A DNA stretch of 60,296 nucleotides, the filler included, from Bipalium vagum (taxonomy: Eukaryota): NCBI GenBank assembly GCA_037834085.1. It is 3 parts of 3 records of this genome, joined end to end, with 100 filler letters (N's around TTAATTAATTAA, not from the genome) between each part and the next. Parts side by side here need not be neighbours in the genome. Positions count along the whole stretch, not along the records: positions 22,113 to 43,621 come from JBBMKC010236031.1; positions 43,722 to 60,296 come from JBBMKC010104588.1; 1 more part is not named here. One strand, given 5' to 3'. Below, piece by piece: positions 36,189 to 58,229 of this stretch. How positions within the stretch are numbered: the first letter of the stretch is position 1; each line of letters begins with the position of its first letter. The notes beneath the pieces were generated by a model that saw only the letters and a list, made by a program, of their open reading frames with translations, searched no databases and was not told the origin of the DNA. A program made the translations under genes and the position numbers.

Positions 36189-39100
36189 ATGTCTAATACT
36201 CATGGATTGAATCCTAGAAAGATGTCGTTAGTTTGTTTTTTGTAAACCTAATCTTATTAAAAAACATTAAGTACCTATTTATTATTATTTGTTTATGAGT
36301 ATTAATAAATACAATTTAGCTTTAGTCCAAATATCTCAAATTAATTTTTTAAAATTTCACTTAAAAACCTTTTAATTAAACTATTTTTGTTATTGACAAT
36401 GATATCTATTTGATTTTTATGAATTTTAAATTCTGCCTAATTACTTTTTTACTAATTTGATAAAAATCATTTTGACAATTCTTAGTAAAGATATATCACT
36501 AAAATCCTGGTAATAATGAAATAATTTGGCAACTTTTTCATATTTTTAATTAACAAATTGATTATAAACTATTTCTTAATCAACCAAAATGACTTGTTTT
36601 TTTATTACTTATCTCATTTATGTTAAGTACCACCGGTATCAGCTTGTACTACACAATGGGACTACCAAAAGGTGCTCCAGAAGAAGATGTCAAGAAAACA
36701 TATAGAAAGGTAATATAATCAGTCAAAATTTTAGGTATTTCGTTCTTATGAGATATCTCAATTTTATTTCAGCTGGCTTTAAAATACCACCCAGATAAAA
36801 ATCCTGGAAATACAAATGCTTCGGAATTGGTAAGAATCACATTTGTCATTTGTATTTTCTGAAAGTAAATCTCATGAACGATAAAACAAAATATTCCAAT
36901 AATTAATATATCTGTCTGATATGTGAGGAATATTATGGTTCAGAAAACTGTACCCAATTTCCCAATCCAAATTAAAGTTGAATATACACCAATATTCTTC
37001 TCATCATGAGGACACCGAAATAATTTTGGGAATAATTAACTTATTTATTTTTAATAAAAAATATTTTAGAAATCGAAAAAAAATTTATTTTATAATCAAT
37101 TAAACTTAATTTATTTTTCGATTGATAATTTCGATTATATAAAAATTTAAACTTTCAATAAGACGACTAATTTCTCGAAAATGTTTTCCTGGAAATTAAA
37201 GTGAAATAGGAAATGTTCTTTTTCTAAACGAACACCAGAGCGGTTCAGGTTGAAAAATCAGTTAAAGGCTCAAAAATTTTGAGAGGGTATTGAAAACCTA
37301 TGTAATTTTTTTATGATGTCAATTAAAAATGATGATGCTTGTAGAGAAATTCACAAAAATATTATCAGAGATCTATGAAATTTTAATGAATGAATTTTTT
37401 GATAGAAAACTGATAAAGACTGTATCAAATATAATCAAAATTCCTTGTAATACTAATATTTTATATAATATAAGAGTTTATATATAGAATGTTAATTATT
37501 ATAATTATAATGATATTGCTAAATAATAATTTTTATATTTTAAAATATATAACAGTTTATTATAAGACACGTTGGTTTACAATTTAAATTTATGCACCAT
37601 ATTAATGATGAAGACATTGGTATCCAAATAGTCTTTGAGCTTTTGTATATATCAGAGGGAGTAGTGGTGGTCTATAAAGATTTGCAGAATTACAGTTATT
37701 CAGTAAATTCATCTTTCATCAATATATCTTACATAGGTTAGCAATATGGACTTACTATGCGTTATATCGATGTGGCACACTTAACCTTATGATCTGAAGT
37801 GCTTGTCTCATTCTAGAAATAAGGGGGTTTACAGGTTCTTCTGTTCATTTTCAATAGAGGATTCAGGTTTCGTTTGAGTAAAAATGTGATAAACTTCAGA
37901 AATTGTTAGGTCTGCTGTAGTCTTAATGTTTTCATCAATTTTCACCCAATTCTGAAAATCCTCTGAAGTCAAATCAAGTGTTTCGTTACAGACACTATTT
38001 CTTTTTCATCTGTAAAAAAGCCACTATGTCTGAAAAAATTCCGGATGGTTATGTCAAACATTTTTTTTCATGACACAGATATAACATGGAACGCCTGTAG
38101 AATATTAATTATACTAGCTAAATTATTGGCTTCTGTGTGCTCTAATATTCGTATTCTCGATTGATGTACGCTTTAAAACAATTTGGCAATTTCATTTTTT
38201 ATGGGGGCGAAGGGATATTTTTTGTTTGAAGAGGCGATTTCAGAATTAGTTATTAACATTGAATTTCATTCCAAATTTGTAAGTAATATATTTTAATCAT
38301 AATAAAAAAGTCAATTTCTACCTAGTCTATGATTCAATGGCTAATCAATCTATACTGTTGCCTTTAAATACGTCAATTTACATTTTGATAGTTTAAAATA
38401 TGTGGTTACTAGTGTAAATAAAAACCTGATTTGACATTCTAAGTATCTAAAATATTTGTTTCACAGGTCTAAAACAATGATCTATTTTATTCAATTTCCA
38501 TGAGTATTTTTTATGTTTACTTCATTTAGAAGTGAACACAATGTCTAACAGTGAGATAATTACTGCGAGGAAGAAAAATGTTCGTCAATATTCAGAGAAA
38601 TACTTAAAATGGGGCTTCATACCAGGCAGTCATGATAAACGTTTACCTTTCTACCTTTTATGCCAACATTGTTGTCTAATTGGCTTATAATTGAAGACTT
38701 TATGAATTGGAGGAAATTGTGAATGATTTATTAAGTAAACCAAGAAAAAGGCAACAATTTATGAATTTTTTCAAAAATAAACATGCAGTTATATATTGAT
38801 ATTGTTATTACTATTGTTACTATAACACGATTTTAGATAAACGTATAGTTAAGTATTAAAATTAGCAAAGATGTATGTTATCATTTTCACCAGGTCTCAA
38901 AGTGATTACAATAAGCAGCCTCTATTGTAAAATATTTAAAATAAAGATCAAATAGTTTCATTCTTTTTCTTTCAGAATTATAATGACAGATGAAAATTTT
39001 ATCCTATTTCTATATCTTTAAAATATTTGAAAATTATGGAACTATTCGATTTATTTTGGAAATTAAAAAAAGTTCTATAATAAGATACAGGAATTTTTTT

Positions 39101-42041
39101 TTATTTATTATTATTTTTTATTTTTAAGTTATATATCCATAAATATCAACAACAAAACTTCGTCAGTGTTCGGGAATTTAATTTTGATCAATTTAATAAT
39201 TTTTAATATGAACGTCAAGCTGTGCTATTTTTAATTTCAGTTTTTTAAAGTGACCTTAAGTCTCTATTGCGAACAAATGCCAATAATATTTCGATTGGCA
39301 TTCTGATTGGAGATAAATATGAAAATAAAAACCAAGTGTATTTACAAATTCGATTTCTCTTGATTAAATGTTAGACCAAACACAAAAATTGATGCGAATC
39401 TTAAAATCAATTTATTTGATGCTGTTATAAAACTTAATTTTATATCTTACTCTAATGTTGTTGCACAATCTGTGCTGTTTTTCTGTAAAATGGAAATGAT
39501 AACATTTCAACTAACATTTATTAATTAATGATGTATTGATTTAATATTAATTATATGGAGTGCTCCATAATTCAATAAAACTCTAACCTATTATAAATGT
39601 GGGAAAAGAAAACTGGTGCTTTTTTATTGTTTATTTACTTTTACCAAAACAAATGCTTAATTGATCGTTACTACCACATTCTCAGTATTGTTCGAATTCA
39701 TAAGTTCAAATAGAACATAATATTTCACAAATTAGTTGACTAATTGAAAAAGTGTCCTCCCGTTATTTAATTAGGTTCCATAACACTAAACGGTTTGATG
39801 TAGGAGATACATAAACGTCCATCATAAAGTGCAATAATTATGAAAATAAATTTAAGGTTTGCATTCGGCGGGATATGAGGAAGGTGTCATTTACTATGAG
39901 CTTTTGAAATCTAAGGAAACAGTTACTAAGGAATGAAATCAACTTAAATAAAAATGATAAATGATGAATCGACTGAAACAAGACCTACAATACCAATCAA
40001 TCAACGTGAAGTCACACTTTTTCATGACAATACGAGATCACATCTTTCTTCAATAGTCAAGCAAACATAGCTAGATCTTCAATGGTAAATCCTTCTGCGT
40101 TCCAGAAATGAAATTTCCCCGTCTACTTATGGCTTATTGCAAAACTGTCAGGTAACCTATGCCGGTGTTGAAAGAACCTTTTCAATTCTTAGAAAGATTG
40201 CTATCTAAAATAGTTAAAAAGAGCTGAAAGAGTTAATGAGACCCCTGTGGTTGATGTTTCGATGCCAAGGACTTCTTCCTAACGCCCACCCAATATTTAA
40301 AAATGCCCACTAGTGGGCCATATCGCCCAGTTGAATGCAACTGATCTAACCAAATGATTGAAATGAGTCTCATTGACAAAGTACGTAGTAACGATTTAAT
40401 AAAATTGTATTAGCTATTTACTTCGATTGTCATTAATTGACGGTGATTTCTGTTGTAATTATTAATATATTATGTTATCTTATTAATAGTTACTTTTAAT
40501 GACTTGTAAAAAGAAGTTATAAAGTCAAAAATTTTAAGTTTTTAGGTAAAAAATCGCCCTAGCAATAATTAAAATTAATCCATAAATAATGAAAATAATA
40601 TTTAATTAACTTATTAAAATTTAAAATTAAAAGAAATTTTTAAGAAATGTAAAGTGGGACATATTTCATGATTCTCTTCAACATTATTGTTTTTAATATT
40701 TAAAAAATAAATCGATATTATTTGTAATATTGATTTTTTGTTATTAAGATTATCATGTTTATTAATTTTTATAAATTTTATTAATTTTTACTGGAAAATG
40801 TTCTGTTTACCTTTAAAAGTAGTCTATTCTCTAATTTATTGTACTTAGCTAAGTTGACAAATTCCATAATTTTGGTTAAATTTTGCCTCACTAAGCTCAT
40901 TGAATCCATGGATACAGATTTATTTGCTATCAGTATTATTATTAACTACTTAATATTAAAAAGAGAGGGAGTAACGCATAATAAATTCTGTATCTAAATT
41001 TATACGAGATGTTAAATAGTTGCTTTGAATTTGAGTTTTAGAAAAAATTACCTTAAACATTTATTAATTGTTTTCTGTCATGAACAAAAATTTTCTTTGT
41101 TTTTGTTCAATCATTAAATGGAAAAAGTTACTTGGCCGTATTTTACAAATCAATCGATTAATGGATTTCTCTTTTAGTTCAGAAAGATAGGGAGTTACGT
41201 TTAATCTAATTCTATGGAAGGTTTTCTTTTTGCTTGATGTGTTCTTTTGTTTCCAGTTCTGTTTATTATTCTTTTTAAACTAATACAGTTACTTGTATTA
41301 CCAGTTCAAATTCAATAATTTTAAACTTTAAACAATAATTTTAATTTTTTTTATTTATTAAATGTTATGTTAATAAATTTTCTTTCACAAATCAATTGAT
41401 TAATGAAGTCTTTTTGATTCTTTTCAGTTCAAAGAGATAAACAAGGCTAATCGCATTTTAAGTGATCCCGTCAAACGAAATATTTATGACAAGTACGGTA
41501 GTTTGGGTCTTTATATAGCAGAGCAGTTTGGAGAAGACAATGTCAATACATATTTCATTTTGAGCAGTAAATGGTGTAAGGTACTTTACGCGTCTTTTTT
41601 TTTGGTGTTTTCATTAACGAATGATGTCTCCATTGCATCTCATATTACTTTTTCTTTAGGGCCTTTTTATCTTTTGCGGCATTATAACTGGCTGTTATTT
41701 CTGCTGTTGTTGTTGTTGCTGTTGCTGCAATTTCTGTTTTGGCAAATGGAAACCAAAACCCGACGAAATGAAATCCGAGGAAGTTCCGAATTACAATGTA
41801 AGAAGAAAATATCGATTGTTTACGTTGAATTAGTGATTGTATTGTCCTCTAGGAAATGGCAGCAAATCTTGACAAGGACGTTGATGGTGACGACGAAACT
41901 CAATTATTGAGTGGAGGTGGATCGTCTTCTGTCATTACCTCTCAACCCAATGCCACAGAATCCACACCAATTCGACCACTTCACCAATCCAATACTAACG
42001 TGAAATCTTCGGATTATGGATACGGTTCAGATTGGCCATAG
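36189..42041 (+). CDS. DNAJC5: Cysteine string protein (DnaJ C5), 6 exons, 218 aa
   Basis: Exons 36189-36226, 36628-36709, 36773-36829, 41428-41580, 41660-41797, 41853-42041; all GT-AG and phase-consistent. J-domain [13 protein letters not shown], linker [25 protein letters not shown], Cys string [15 protein letters not shown]. Confidence 0.96.
37600..38260 (-). mobile_element. pogo/Tigger remnant in DNAJC5 intron 3
   Basis: [24 protein letters not shown], typical of the pogo C-terminal region. Confidence 0.55.
38541..38680 (+). mobile_element. hAT Charlie-type N-terminal fragment
   Basis: [16 protein letters not shown]...LPFYLLCQ. Confidence 0.6.
39850..40345 (+). mobile_element. Mariner fragment followed by a hAT 3' end
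   Basis: FHDNTRSH (mariner), then [14 protein letters not shown] and a Charlie-like terminus ..CCAGTTGAATGCAACTG. Confidence 0.55.
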
Positions 42042-43621
42042 GATTATTCGATTATGTATTAATTCGTTGTTGATTGGTGAAATTGAGTTCTAATAATTGA
42101 TTCCTTATTCATTATAGTGTTCTGGCGCGATTTTCTTTATCTATTTCTCTTTCGGCGTGAATGTAATTAAAATGATTTTTGTAGCTGTTTTTATTTAATT
42201 GTGTTTTATTGATGATCTCTCTCTCTCTTTCTCTTAGTTGCATTTCTGTCACTTGCATTCGTCTTTTATAATTTGTGATATTTTATTAGGTTTTGTCAAT
42301 GTTGTTTTACTTATTGCATTTCAATTTTATAGATATATATCTATCTATTTATATTTGTCAGTAGTATCTCGACGTATTTACATTATTTAAGGATTTTTTG
42401 CAATAGTGATATTTAAATATTTTTAAAATTTCCAATAGATTATCATTAGTTTGGCTCAATTTTTTGATTTTTTTTATTGTCATAATAAAAAATGTTATTT
42501 CTTAATTGTAAAATGTTGTAATTAATGAAAATATTGAGTTGAAGGTTAAAATCAGTATTATGAGCAAAATGCAATGAAAAATTTAGATTTTAGTACCCAT
42601 TATACCAGTACTCTTCGATATCTCCCAAGAGTGAGATAGTGTTTGTTCACAGCTAAATCTCAACCAGAACCTCATCGTTAGTAATCGCTAATAAGTTAAA
42701 TTTTAAATCTTTGGAAACCTGAGATAATTTTTAACGATCTTAAATCGAAATTGATATTGTTAAAATGAATGTGTATCGGTTTCTTAAATTATTTTCCAAG
42801 CATTGTTCTGCGATCCTTTTTTATCAGACAGGTCTGTGAGTTTCTTATATATGCGTTCACAGAGGTTCTACAAAAAAATTTTTCAGCAGCCAATGCTGAT
42901 TCAGAGAAAATTAATTTTCTGTCTAATTTTAGTTGGATAAACATTCGGATTACCACTATTTTTGTACACCTTCATGACCAAAAAAAATTTACTCTGTTTT
43001 CGTATATTCTACAAAGCCGTGGGTTATGTAATGTAACTTGCGCTTGATTGAGACCTCCAGTTCTTTGTGTTTACTTGACTGACTGTTTTTGTCTAATCCC
43101 ATCCATTAATTTGATGAGATCCTCTATCTCTTCTATACTTTTCAGTGGAACAGTGGAAAGTCATTTTCTATGCAGGTAAAAAAGATTTTTGTCACTTTTA
43201 TCTTGATCCATAATGATTTTTGTAATTAGGGAAATCTGAATGCTAAAAAATAACATGGTATTTTACCAAAGTTAATTGAACAGTTTTTAGAAATAAAACA
43301 TTCGAAAACAAAAATATTCAATATTGGTCAGTAAAATTCTAAAATTTTAAATTGAAATAATGATATCCTTGTAGGGTTCCTTTTATGAAATTTATAATGA
43401 AAAGATATTGGATTTATTGACAGGTAATTTTTAATTTATTTAATTTTCTTGAATTACTATGCGTAACTACATATTTATTAAATTTTGTAAAAATATTGAG
43501 TTAAATTCACATCGGAATTTTAAATATGTTTTCAAATATTTAAATAAATTATTGATTTAATTTTTCAGATAATTCATCAACCTTAAAATTTTTGAAGCAT
43601 CTGTTATATATACTTATATAT

Positions 43622-43721
43622 NNNNNNNNNNNNNNNNNNNNNNNNNNNNNNNNNNNNNNNNNNNNTTAATTAATTAANNNNNNNNNNNNNNNNNNNNNNN
43701 NNNNNNNNNNNNNNNNNNNNN
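43622..43721. other. Assembly gap linker (44N-TTAATTAATTAA-44N)
   Basis: Same 100-nt artificial spacer as 22013-22112. Confidence 0.98.
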
Positions 43722-44072
43722 AATATTAAAATGTTTATTAAAATTATTCGTGGTAATTTCAGAAAAGTGACACTAATTCCAAAAATGAAGATTTAAATTT
43801 TAGGCATTATACATTTTTTTGATTAAATTTAACATTTACTAATGTAAAAATAGTGAGATATTTTTCCATTATTTTAGAATTTTTATATTGCCTTACAAAA
43901 CCTGATTATTAACATTTCATAACTTAATTATAGATTTTTATAGTCTCTACACTCACTTAAGACTTATTCAGTGTCTGTATAATTAAATGTATATTATTAT
44001 ATTATTTTTTTACAGTTGACTGAAACCTTTCTGATAATAGATAAAATTAAATAATTTTATTTTGATTAATAA

Positions 44073-44900
44073 TATTAGGTGTACAACTATGACTCCGGCT
44101 TTTTTTAAATGATAATAAACATTTTGTTTGCATATAAAAATTTGTTTATCTATCTAAATTATATTCAATTGATTTATAAAGAAAAGTTTTAAACAAAATT
44201 ACACAAATTTTATTTATTCAATAAAATCACCTTCAGTGTCAATTACAACTTCAAGACGGCTTCTAAAAAGCTTACGAACCGCGATCAAATGGTTTTTGTT
44301 CATATTTATCATAGCAGAGCTTATAGAAGCCCGTAATGAATCTTTGGTATTATGAGGATGTTTGTTCGTGTCCTTCTCTACGACGCCCAATTCGAAATAG
44401 TCCAAAGAATTTGAATCGGGTGAGCTAGGTGGCCATAAGTTTGGAGTGATATGGTCTTTAAAATTTAGCGACAGCCACTTTTGTGTTTTTAATGCTGTAT
44501 GGGAGGGAGCTGAGTCTTATTGGAACACATAAGGCCTTCCGTGGGCAACTTTTTCAATCCAGGGCTTCACACATGTATCCACACACTCGATATAAAGAGA
44601 TGCATTAATTTTAAGTGCCTGTGGAAAGAAATACGGAGGCAAAACATGACCTTCATTGCTCACAACACCCAATATCATTAAAGATGATAGAAACTTGGTG
44701 TGCATAACATTAGGGACTTCAGAAGCACTGGAGCATAGCCATCGATCGTTCCTCCTATTAACCTTTTGATCTTGAGTAAAAAGTTTTTCATCAGAAAAGA
44801 ATCATAGCATGTTTGGATGATCAGGATGCTTGATTTTGTTTAAAAGACGCTTCGACCAGATTAAAAGATTTTCTTTGCTTTTTGCTGATAGACCAATATA
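44073..44900 (-). mobile_element. maT/DD37D-like mariner element, 3' part
   Basis: TIR-like TATTAGGTGTACAAC. Motifs FSDEKLFT, MILGVVSNEG, FQ*DSAPSH and WPPSSPDSNSLDYF. Confidence 0.85.
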
Positions 44901-45151
44901 TAAATGGCAGTTAAAAAATTTCAGTAAAAATATTTTTTTTAATGAGTGAAGGGTAGGGAGACTGCCCATTATCAACAAATCCTCAACGAAAATGTCAAAA
45001 CTGTCCATGAAAAATACTCGATCAAGACCTCAAATCTTTGAAATTTGATTAATGATGATTGGGTTGAAATTTGATTTTATTATTGTGTTAAACCGTCCTT
45101 GATAAAATAAATTTATAAAATAATTATAAAAAGAATTTAAATTGAATTATA

Positions 45152-45732
45152 CGAGGGTTGTTCGATATGTATTGCAAATAACAAAAAAATTTCAAAAACT
45201 AAAATTTAATTATAATAAACTATGTCATTGTTTTTCAAAATATTTTCCTTCTTGGTCAAAACATTTTTGCATAAGCTTGAACCAATTTTCAAAATATTCA
45301 CCCATATTGATTTAGGTATCTCAGAAAATTGATCTTTAAAGGTATCAATCGTATCCTATGGTGTACAAAATCGTTGTCCATTCAGTTTATTCTTCACATA
45401 TGGGAATAAAAAGAAATCGTTAGGAGCCAAATCGGACTATACGGAGGACCACTTTTAAATTCATTAAACCAGCAATATATAATGGCTTTGTGTGGAGCTT
45501 CATCGCATTCTTGTTGAGATAATCCACGTCGAAAATCATTTGGAATCATAGCACGAAAATTATCGCGACTTAATTCCATTTTTTACCGAGAAGTAAATCT
45601 TGATATTGATTTATACATATTTTAAATAATCCAAATGTTGTATAAACTTGTTAATATAAATAAACAAAGTCAAACTTTATGATAATTCAGTCAAATCAAG
45701 CATAGGTCGCAATACATATCGAGACACTTTCG
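45152..45732 (-). mobile_element. Internally deleted mariner with both TIRs
   Basis: TA-CGAGGGTTGTTCGATATGTATTGC / GCAATACATATCGAGACACTTTCG-TA. The HTH start (MELSRDNFRAMI) is fused to PPYSPDLAPNDFFLFP. Confidence 0.9.
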
Positions 45733-46587
45733 TATTTATTTTGAAATATTATATTATTATATGTATTCTGAAATGATATAATTATTGTAAAATAAATGGA
45801 AAATACTAATTATTAAAAAATTATTAGTAGTGAAAAAAATAAAAATAATTAGAAATAATTTAGATATGGAACAGAAATTACTAAAAATAAAAAAGCAATT
45901 AATATGATAAAATAATAATTATTTTAAAAATGTATGGAAATAAAAGATATAAATTAAAATTGAAAAATTATTGCGGAAAAAAATTATCAGCTACTCAAAA
46001 GAAATAAATATCAACCCAAATTTTAAGCCATAAAAGGAAGAAAACTATAAGAATACTTGTTTTTATGTCACTAAGTATTTTTATTTTCATTTAAATAAAA
46101 TATCGAATAAATACTTTTGATTGCAACATTGTGGCAGAAAGTGGAGCTTTACATCTTGAAACACGTGAAAACGATTCAATTTGTAACCGAACCAACGGTC
46201 TGCTTTACGTATACTACGAGCAGCTTCAAACAAGAACCATCGTTCGTTACCATAAGATTTCTGGTTGTCTTTAATTAATTTTTAATATCTTTAATTATAT
46301 TATATTTCTTATAGAGTATATTTAATTATTTGACCGACGGTGTGACCTTTTCTCCTAAAATACATGAATAAATCTATTGTGCGAAATTTTTTTTTAAAAC
46401 TTGATAAATGAGCTAGTTAGAATTTAAGAACCTTAAAAAAACCTCTATCCGATCAAAAAATCATTTTAGATTTTACAAAACGTACAGAAAAATTCGAAAA
46501 CAAGGGAAAACCCTGTGCAATTTTTTATATAAAGTTATATGAATTTTTAATAAATAATATAATAAATGATAAATGAATTCAATGATA

Positions 46588-47600
46588 TACAATGCTCGAA
46601 TTAAAAAGTGGACAACCAAAAATTTTGTGTTTTTGTACTCATTATCATCTGTATAACACTCAAATTTGATATCAAATTTATTTAATTTTCACAATGAATC
46701 ACTATACAATATAAAACCAAATATTTTATTGATTCACCCATATTTTTCTTCAAATCAGCTAATCTATTGGGTATGCTCAAAATCAGTCTTTGGATCAGGT
46801 CGATGAGTTGCGTCCCAAAGTTCCAAACGTGATTTGTATGGTTTTTCTTGAATTTTTCTATTAACATAACTCAATAAGTTCTATATTTGGTTCATATCTG
46901 ATGATTGGGGGGGGGGGCAATTAATAAACAAAGGCATCGATTTTCCATTAAATTACGTTTTGATGACTTTTGAAGTAGGTCAAGGGGCGTTGTCTTGCTG
47001 TAATAAGTAATTTCTATAGGGAAACAGTTTGAAAATTGACTATAAAAATCTTTGGTCCAAAATATGTGGTACCATTCACTTTCAATCGATCAATACTCCA
47101 ACTCCAGAATAGCTAAAGCAGCCCCAAACCATCACTCCTTCGTCAAGTTTTTCATAGTTTTGTTCAGGCATTCAGGTTTGAAAGTTTCATTTGATCTACG
47201 TATACATTTTTCTGGTTAATCGGATACCAAACAAAATCTACTTTCATCTTCACTGATCATTAATTGTTTGTTCAATGTCCTTTATTGCCCAGTTTCAACG
47301 CTTTCACTAAATTTGCATTTGAAAGCATAGGTTTTCTTCTTTTAGGTCTTCAAAATCAGTCGATTAGGACTTCAAAGACTGTGATTTTTCAAGGTAAGAG
47401 CAAAATTTATATATCCAGACGCATGCATGTTTTTCTCAGTTTACCAGAACCAATTTTCCTTTCTATTGTTCTAAAATGCTTTTCCTTTTCATGTTAAAAT
47501 TCCACAGTTGGTCAACATTTTATTGACTATATTTCATTCAAAAAATCCAGATTTTGCAAATGCTGAAATTTTGGAGCGATTTTCTTTTGATAATTGTTTT
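46588..47600 (-). mobile_element. Tc1-like element, decayed
   Basis: TIR-like TACAATGCTCGAATTAAAAAGTGGACA. Motifs DESRFCL, VMVWGCFS, QQDNAP and PPQSSDMN. Confidence 0.8.
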
Positions 47601-48092
47601 ATTTTAACTTTAATTTTGTTGTTTGAATGAAAACACATTATACCAAATCAATAAAGTTTAAAATAAAAATAAACAAAATAGCAAATTTAAATAATACTTC
47701 AACATTGTAACTTCCAAAAGATTAAACTTCACTAAATGTAATAAAATAGAAGCTCTAAAAAACCGGGTGTTCTGTAAACGAGAAATCAAGAAATCGTTGA
47801 ATGGAATGCTGCTTAAAAATTATTCCTGGTCGCATGATGAAATTTTATTAGACTCAAACTTTGAACTTTTTGAATTAATGTTTAATGTTATGATTTGACA
47901 AAGCAGCAAAAATATAAATTATCGTTGATAAGAAAAAAATTTAATTCAATATTATTTTTTTTTACTGTTAAATGTTTGATTGAAAATCGACACACCTGTT
48001 CATTTTTTCTGTAATAGAATTACAAGATTAGACAAAATAAATTGAACAAATTTGATTTAATTAATAAATTAAATATAATCTCTTCACAAAAT

Positions 48093-55556
<7,464 letters not shown>

Positions 55557-57629
55557 TAAAATGAAGCAAAATATTTTTAATATAAACTAATGTACTAAAA
55601 CAATCATTTTATTTACTCGTAGACAGTCAAAATTTATTGAATTAATTTTAATTAAGAAATTAATGATAGTTCAAATGATTTTTAAAATCTTTTTATTAAA
55701 AAATATTTTAACATTTTGTGACCTATTCAGACCTTTCTACATTTATTTAAAAATGATATTATTATTGATATTTACTTGGAATTCATTCGTCTCTTTAAAG
55801 GGTAACCTTTCAAAAATTCAACATCTGTAACAGTAGGAGTACTGTTTCTTTACCCGTGTCAATTATTAATAGATATGGACTTAAAATATCTGATTCCGAA
55901 GATATTCAGTCCCTTGCCATATTATTAAGGACACTACAAAAATACAAATAAATCAACTAAAAATCAGACATAGGTTTTATAATCATTAAGTAAACAATAA
56001 CATTCTTAATAACTTTTAATAAAAATTAATAATTTTCATTCGAAGAGAAAAAGGCTTCGGTTGACCAATTCTATAAATTTTCAACTAAATAGGTAGACAC
56101 AAAAATAATTAATTACATTACATTAATGTACTTGATTAATTAATTTTTATCAATTTACTTTATTATTTCTTAAAATTGTGTTTTTAATCGCCGGTGGTTC
56201 CATTCATAAGAAATAATTTCTGATTTTAATGATTATGACTTCGTTATTTATACTTCATGATCATATCTCAATTTAATTAATTATTTTTATTATGTTATAC
56301 AAAGTGTAATTCAATTCAATACTGAGAATTAAATCTTTACACTTAAACTGCACTTGAAAAACTGGAACTGCCCATAAATTCGAACCTTCTACGAACTTTA
56401 CAAAAAGGATAAAACTGTAAAACAAAAATGCAAAATATTGCATATTACCATCCGAAACGTGTTATTATGTGCTCTTCAAATGTTCACTTTGTTAAAAGCT
56501 GTTTCACTTGGTATACCTAGATATTTAAAGAAGCCATTCAAAAAATTCAATCAAATCAAAAATAAATGCGTCAATAGGTTTGTCTAGCAAAAGTATTTAT
56601 TGTCCATTTTTTTAATGAATACATAAATAGTGATAATTACCTGTATATGTTAAAATATCGTCGTCATTATTGAGCACATCTATTATTTTTATTTATTATT
56701 TTATTATTTTTACCTCCATACTCACCTTTTTAAAACCCCATTGAAAATTTATTTTCAAAATGGAAGGAATTTGTGCGAAGAGAGAGACTAGAAAATGAAG
56801 AATCTTTAATGAAACTTATAAATATATTATATTTAATGGGTCAAGGCTTATTACAAGTGAAGATTGATCCGGTTTCTATCGCAATATGGCTTTATACATT
56901 CCAAGATGTTTGAACAAGGAGATTATTAATGAATAAATCCATTATGAACATTTACCTGTTGTAATTAACATTTTGTCAAAACAGACTTTTACCTTGTTAA
57001 AAATAACCTTAACGTTGTCAAAATAGAGGTGAAAATGTCCTATGCATAATTATTTAATGGTTTGTAGTGCAACCACAACAGCTTGTTTAAATTGATTACT
57101 TCGTTCAGGGCACTAGGAAAATATCTAGTCATGTCCTAGACGTCGGAAATTTGAGTATTACTTACTTGATTATTAAAAACAAGGGAAATGGTTAACTTTT
57201 AAATATAAAACCAAATATTACTATCTATGGACTAACATGTGTTACTACAAATATCAATTGATCATTTTTATGAACATCTAGAAGTGTAAGACAAACTTTC
57301 TGAAAGGACAGCCAAACAGCTACGTAAATTCAAAATCCAACAGTGACACATCTCATAGATCTTCTTTCTCCAACTCGAAGTTTTCATAATAGGTTAAAAA
57401 TATTTAGCAATCTTATTTCAGGATTTTTATTTTTATATTTGCGCTTTTAAAATTCAAAAAATTTTTTTGGGTAGTTTTCTACTCTATGCCAAATAATTTA
57501 TTATTCTATACAACTGATTTCGATGCTCAAAATTTAAAGGGCTATGTCAAAGTACAATTGATCATTCTTAAACAAAGAAAAATGAATTTTTTTTGAATAA
57601 GATGGGAAAATTCACTAAACTTATTATTT

Positions 57630-57945
57630 ATTAGGTGTCCAAATAAGTTCTTGCCAAATTTAAAAAAAAAGTAAGTTAAAATTTTTAATTTTAGATATAT
57701 TTATTAATCATAATATGATCCATGACATTGTATGATTTTGTTTCGGTTTCTGACTCGATTGCCTTTTTCAAATCATCATTGTTCATGTGAATGGGCCTCC
57801 CAGATCTTCATCTTCAAGATTTTCATCACCGGAACTGGATTTCTCAAATCAATAACGAGCAGTTCTTTCCTTTAGTGCACCTTCTCCAAATGCCGTACAA
57901 ATTTTTCGACTAGCTTCTGAGGCATTGGACCCAAGCTTAATTTTA
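57630..57945 (-). mobile_element. Mariner remnant (TIR plus HTH)
   Basis: TATTAGGTGTCCAAATAAG; ASEASRKICTAFGEGALKERTARY..DENLEDEDLGGP. Confidence 0.75.
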
Positions 57946-58229
57946 TAATTATATGTGTATTACAACAATGAATTATTATATACAGTATGTTAGTTAAATA
58001 TGGAGTAAAAAATTAAGGAATTATTCCTTGGATGATTATAAATGTAAATATATCATAATATCTTTTCAATATGAATTCGTTTCAAAAATACATGCCTATT
58101 ATAAATAATATCTTTTTTATCATCAATCAACATTAATTAAAATATTTTGTTTAAATATTGTAAAAGAAGCCTTATTTAAAATAATTGTAGATAGTATATA
58201 AAATAAATATTCCGAATATACCTAAATCT

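Noticed and set aside
41503-41910. 135-aa ORF with a poly-Leu transmembrane-like stretch
   Set aside because: Read-through of CSP introns; the Leu run is the Cys string read in another frame.
56820-57000. Possible Gypsy integrase zinc-finger remnant (also ~50440-50600)
   Set aside because: Too decayed to support a call.
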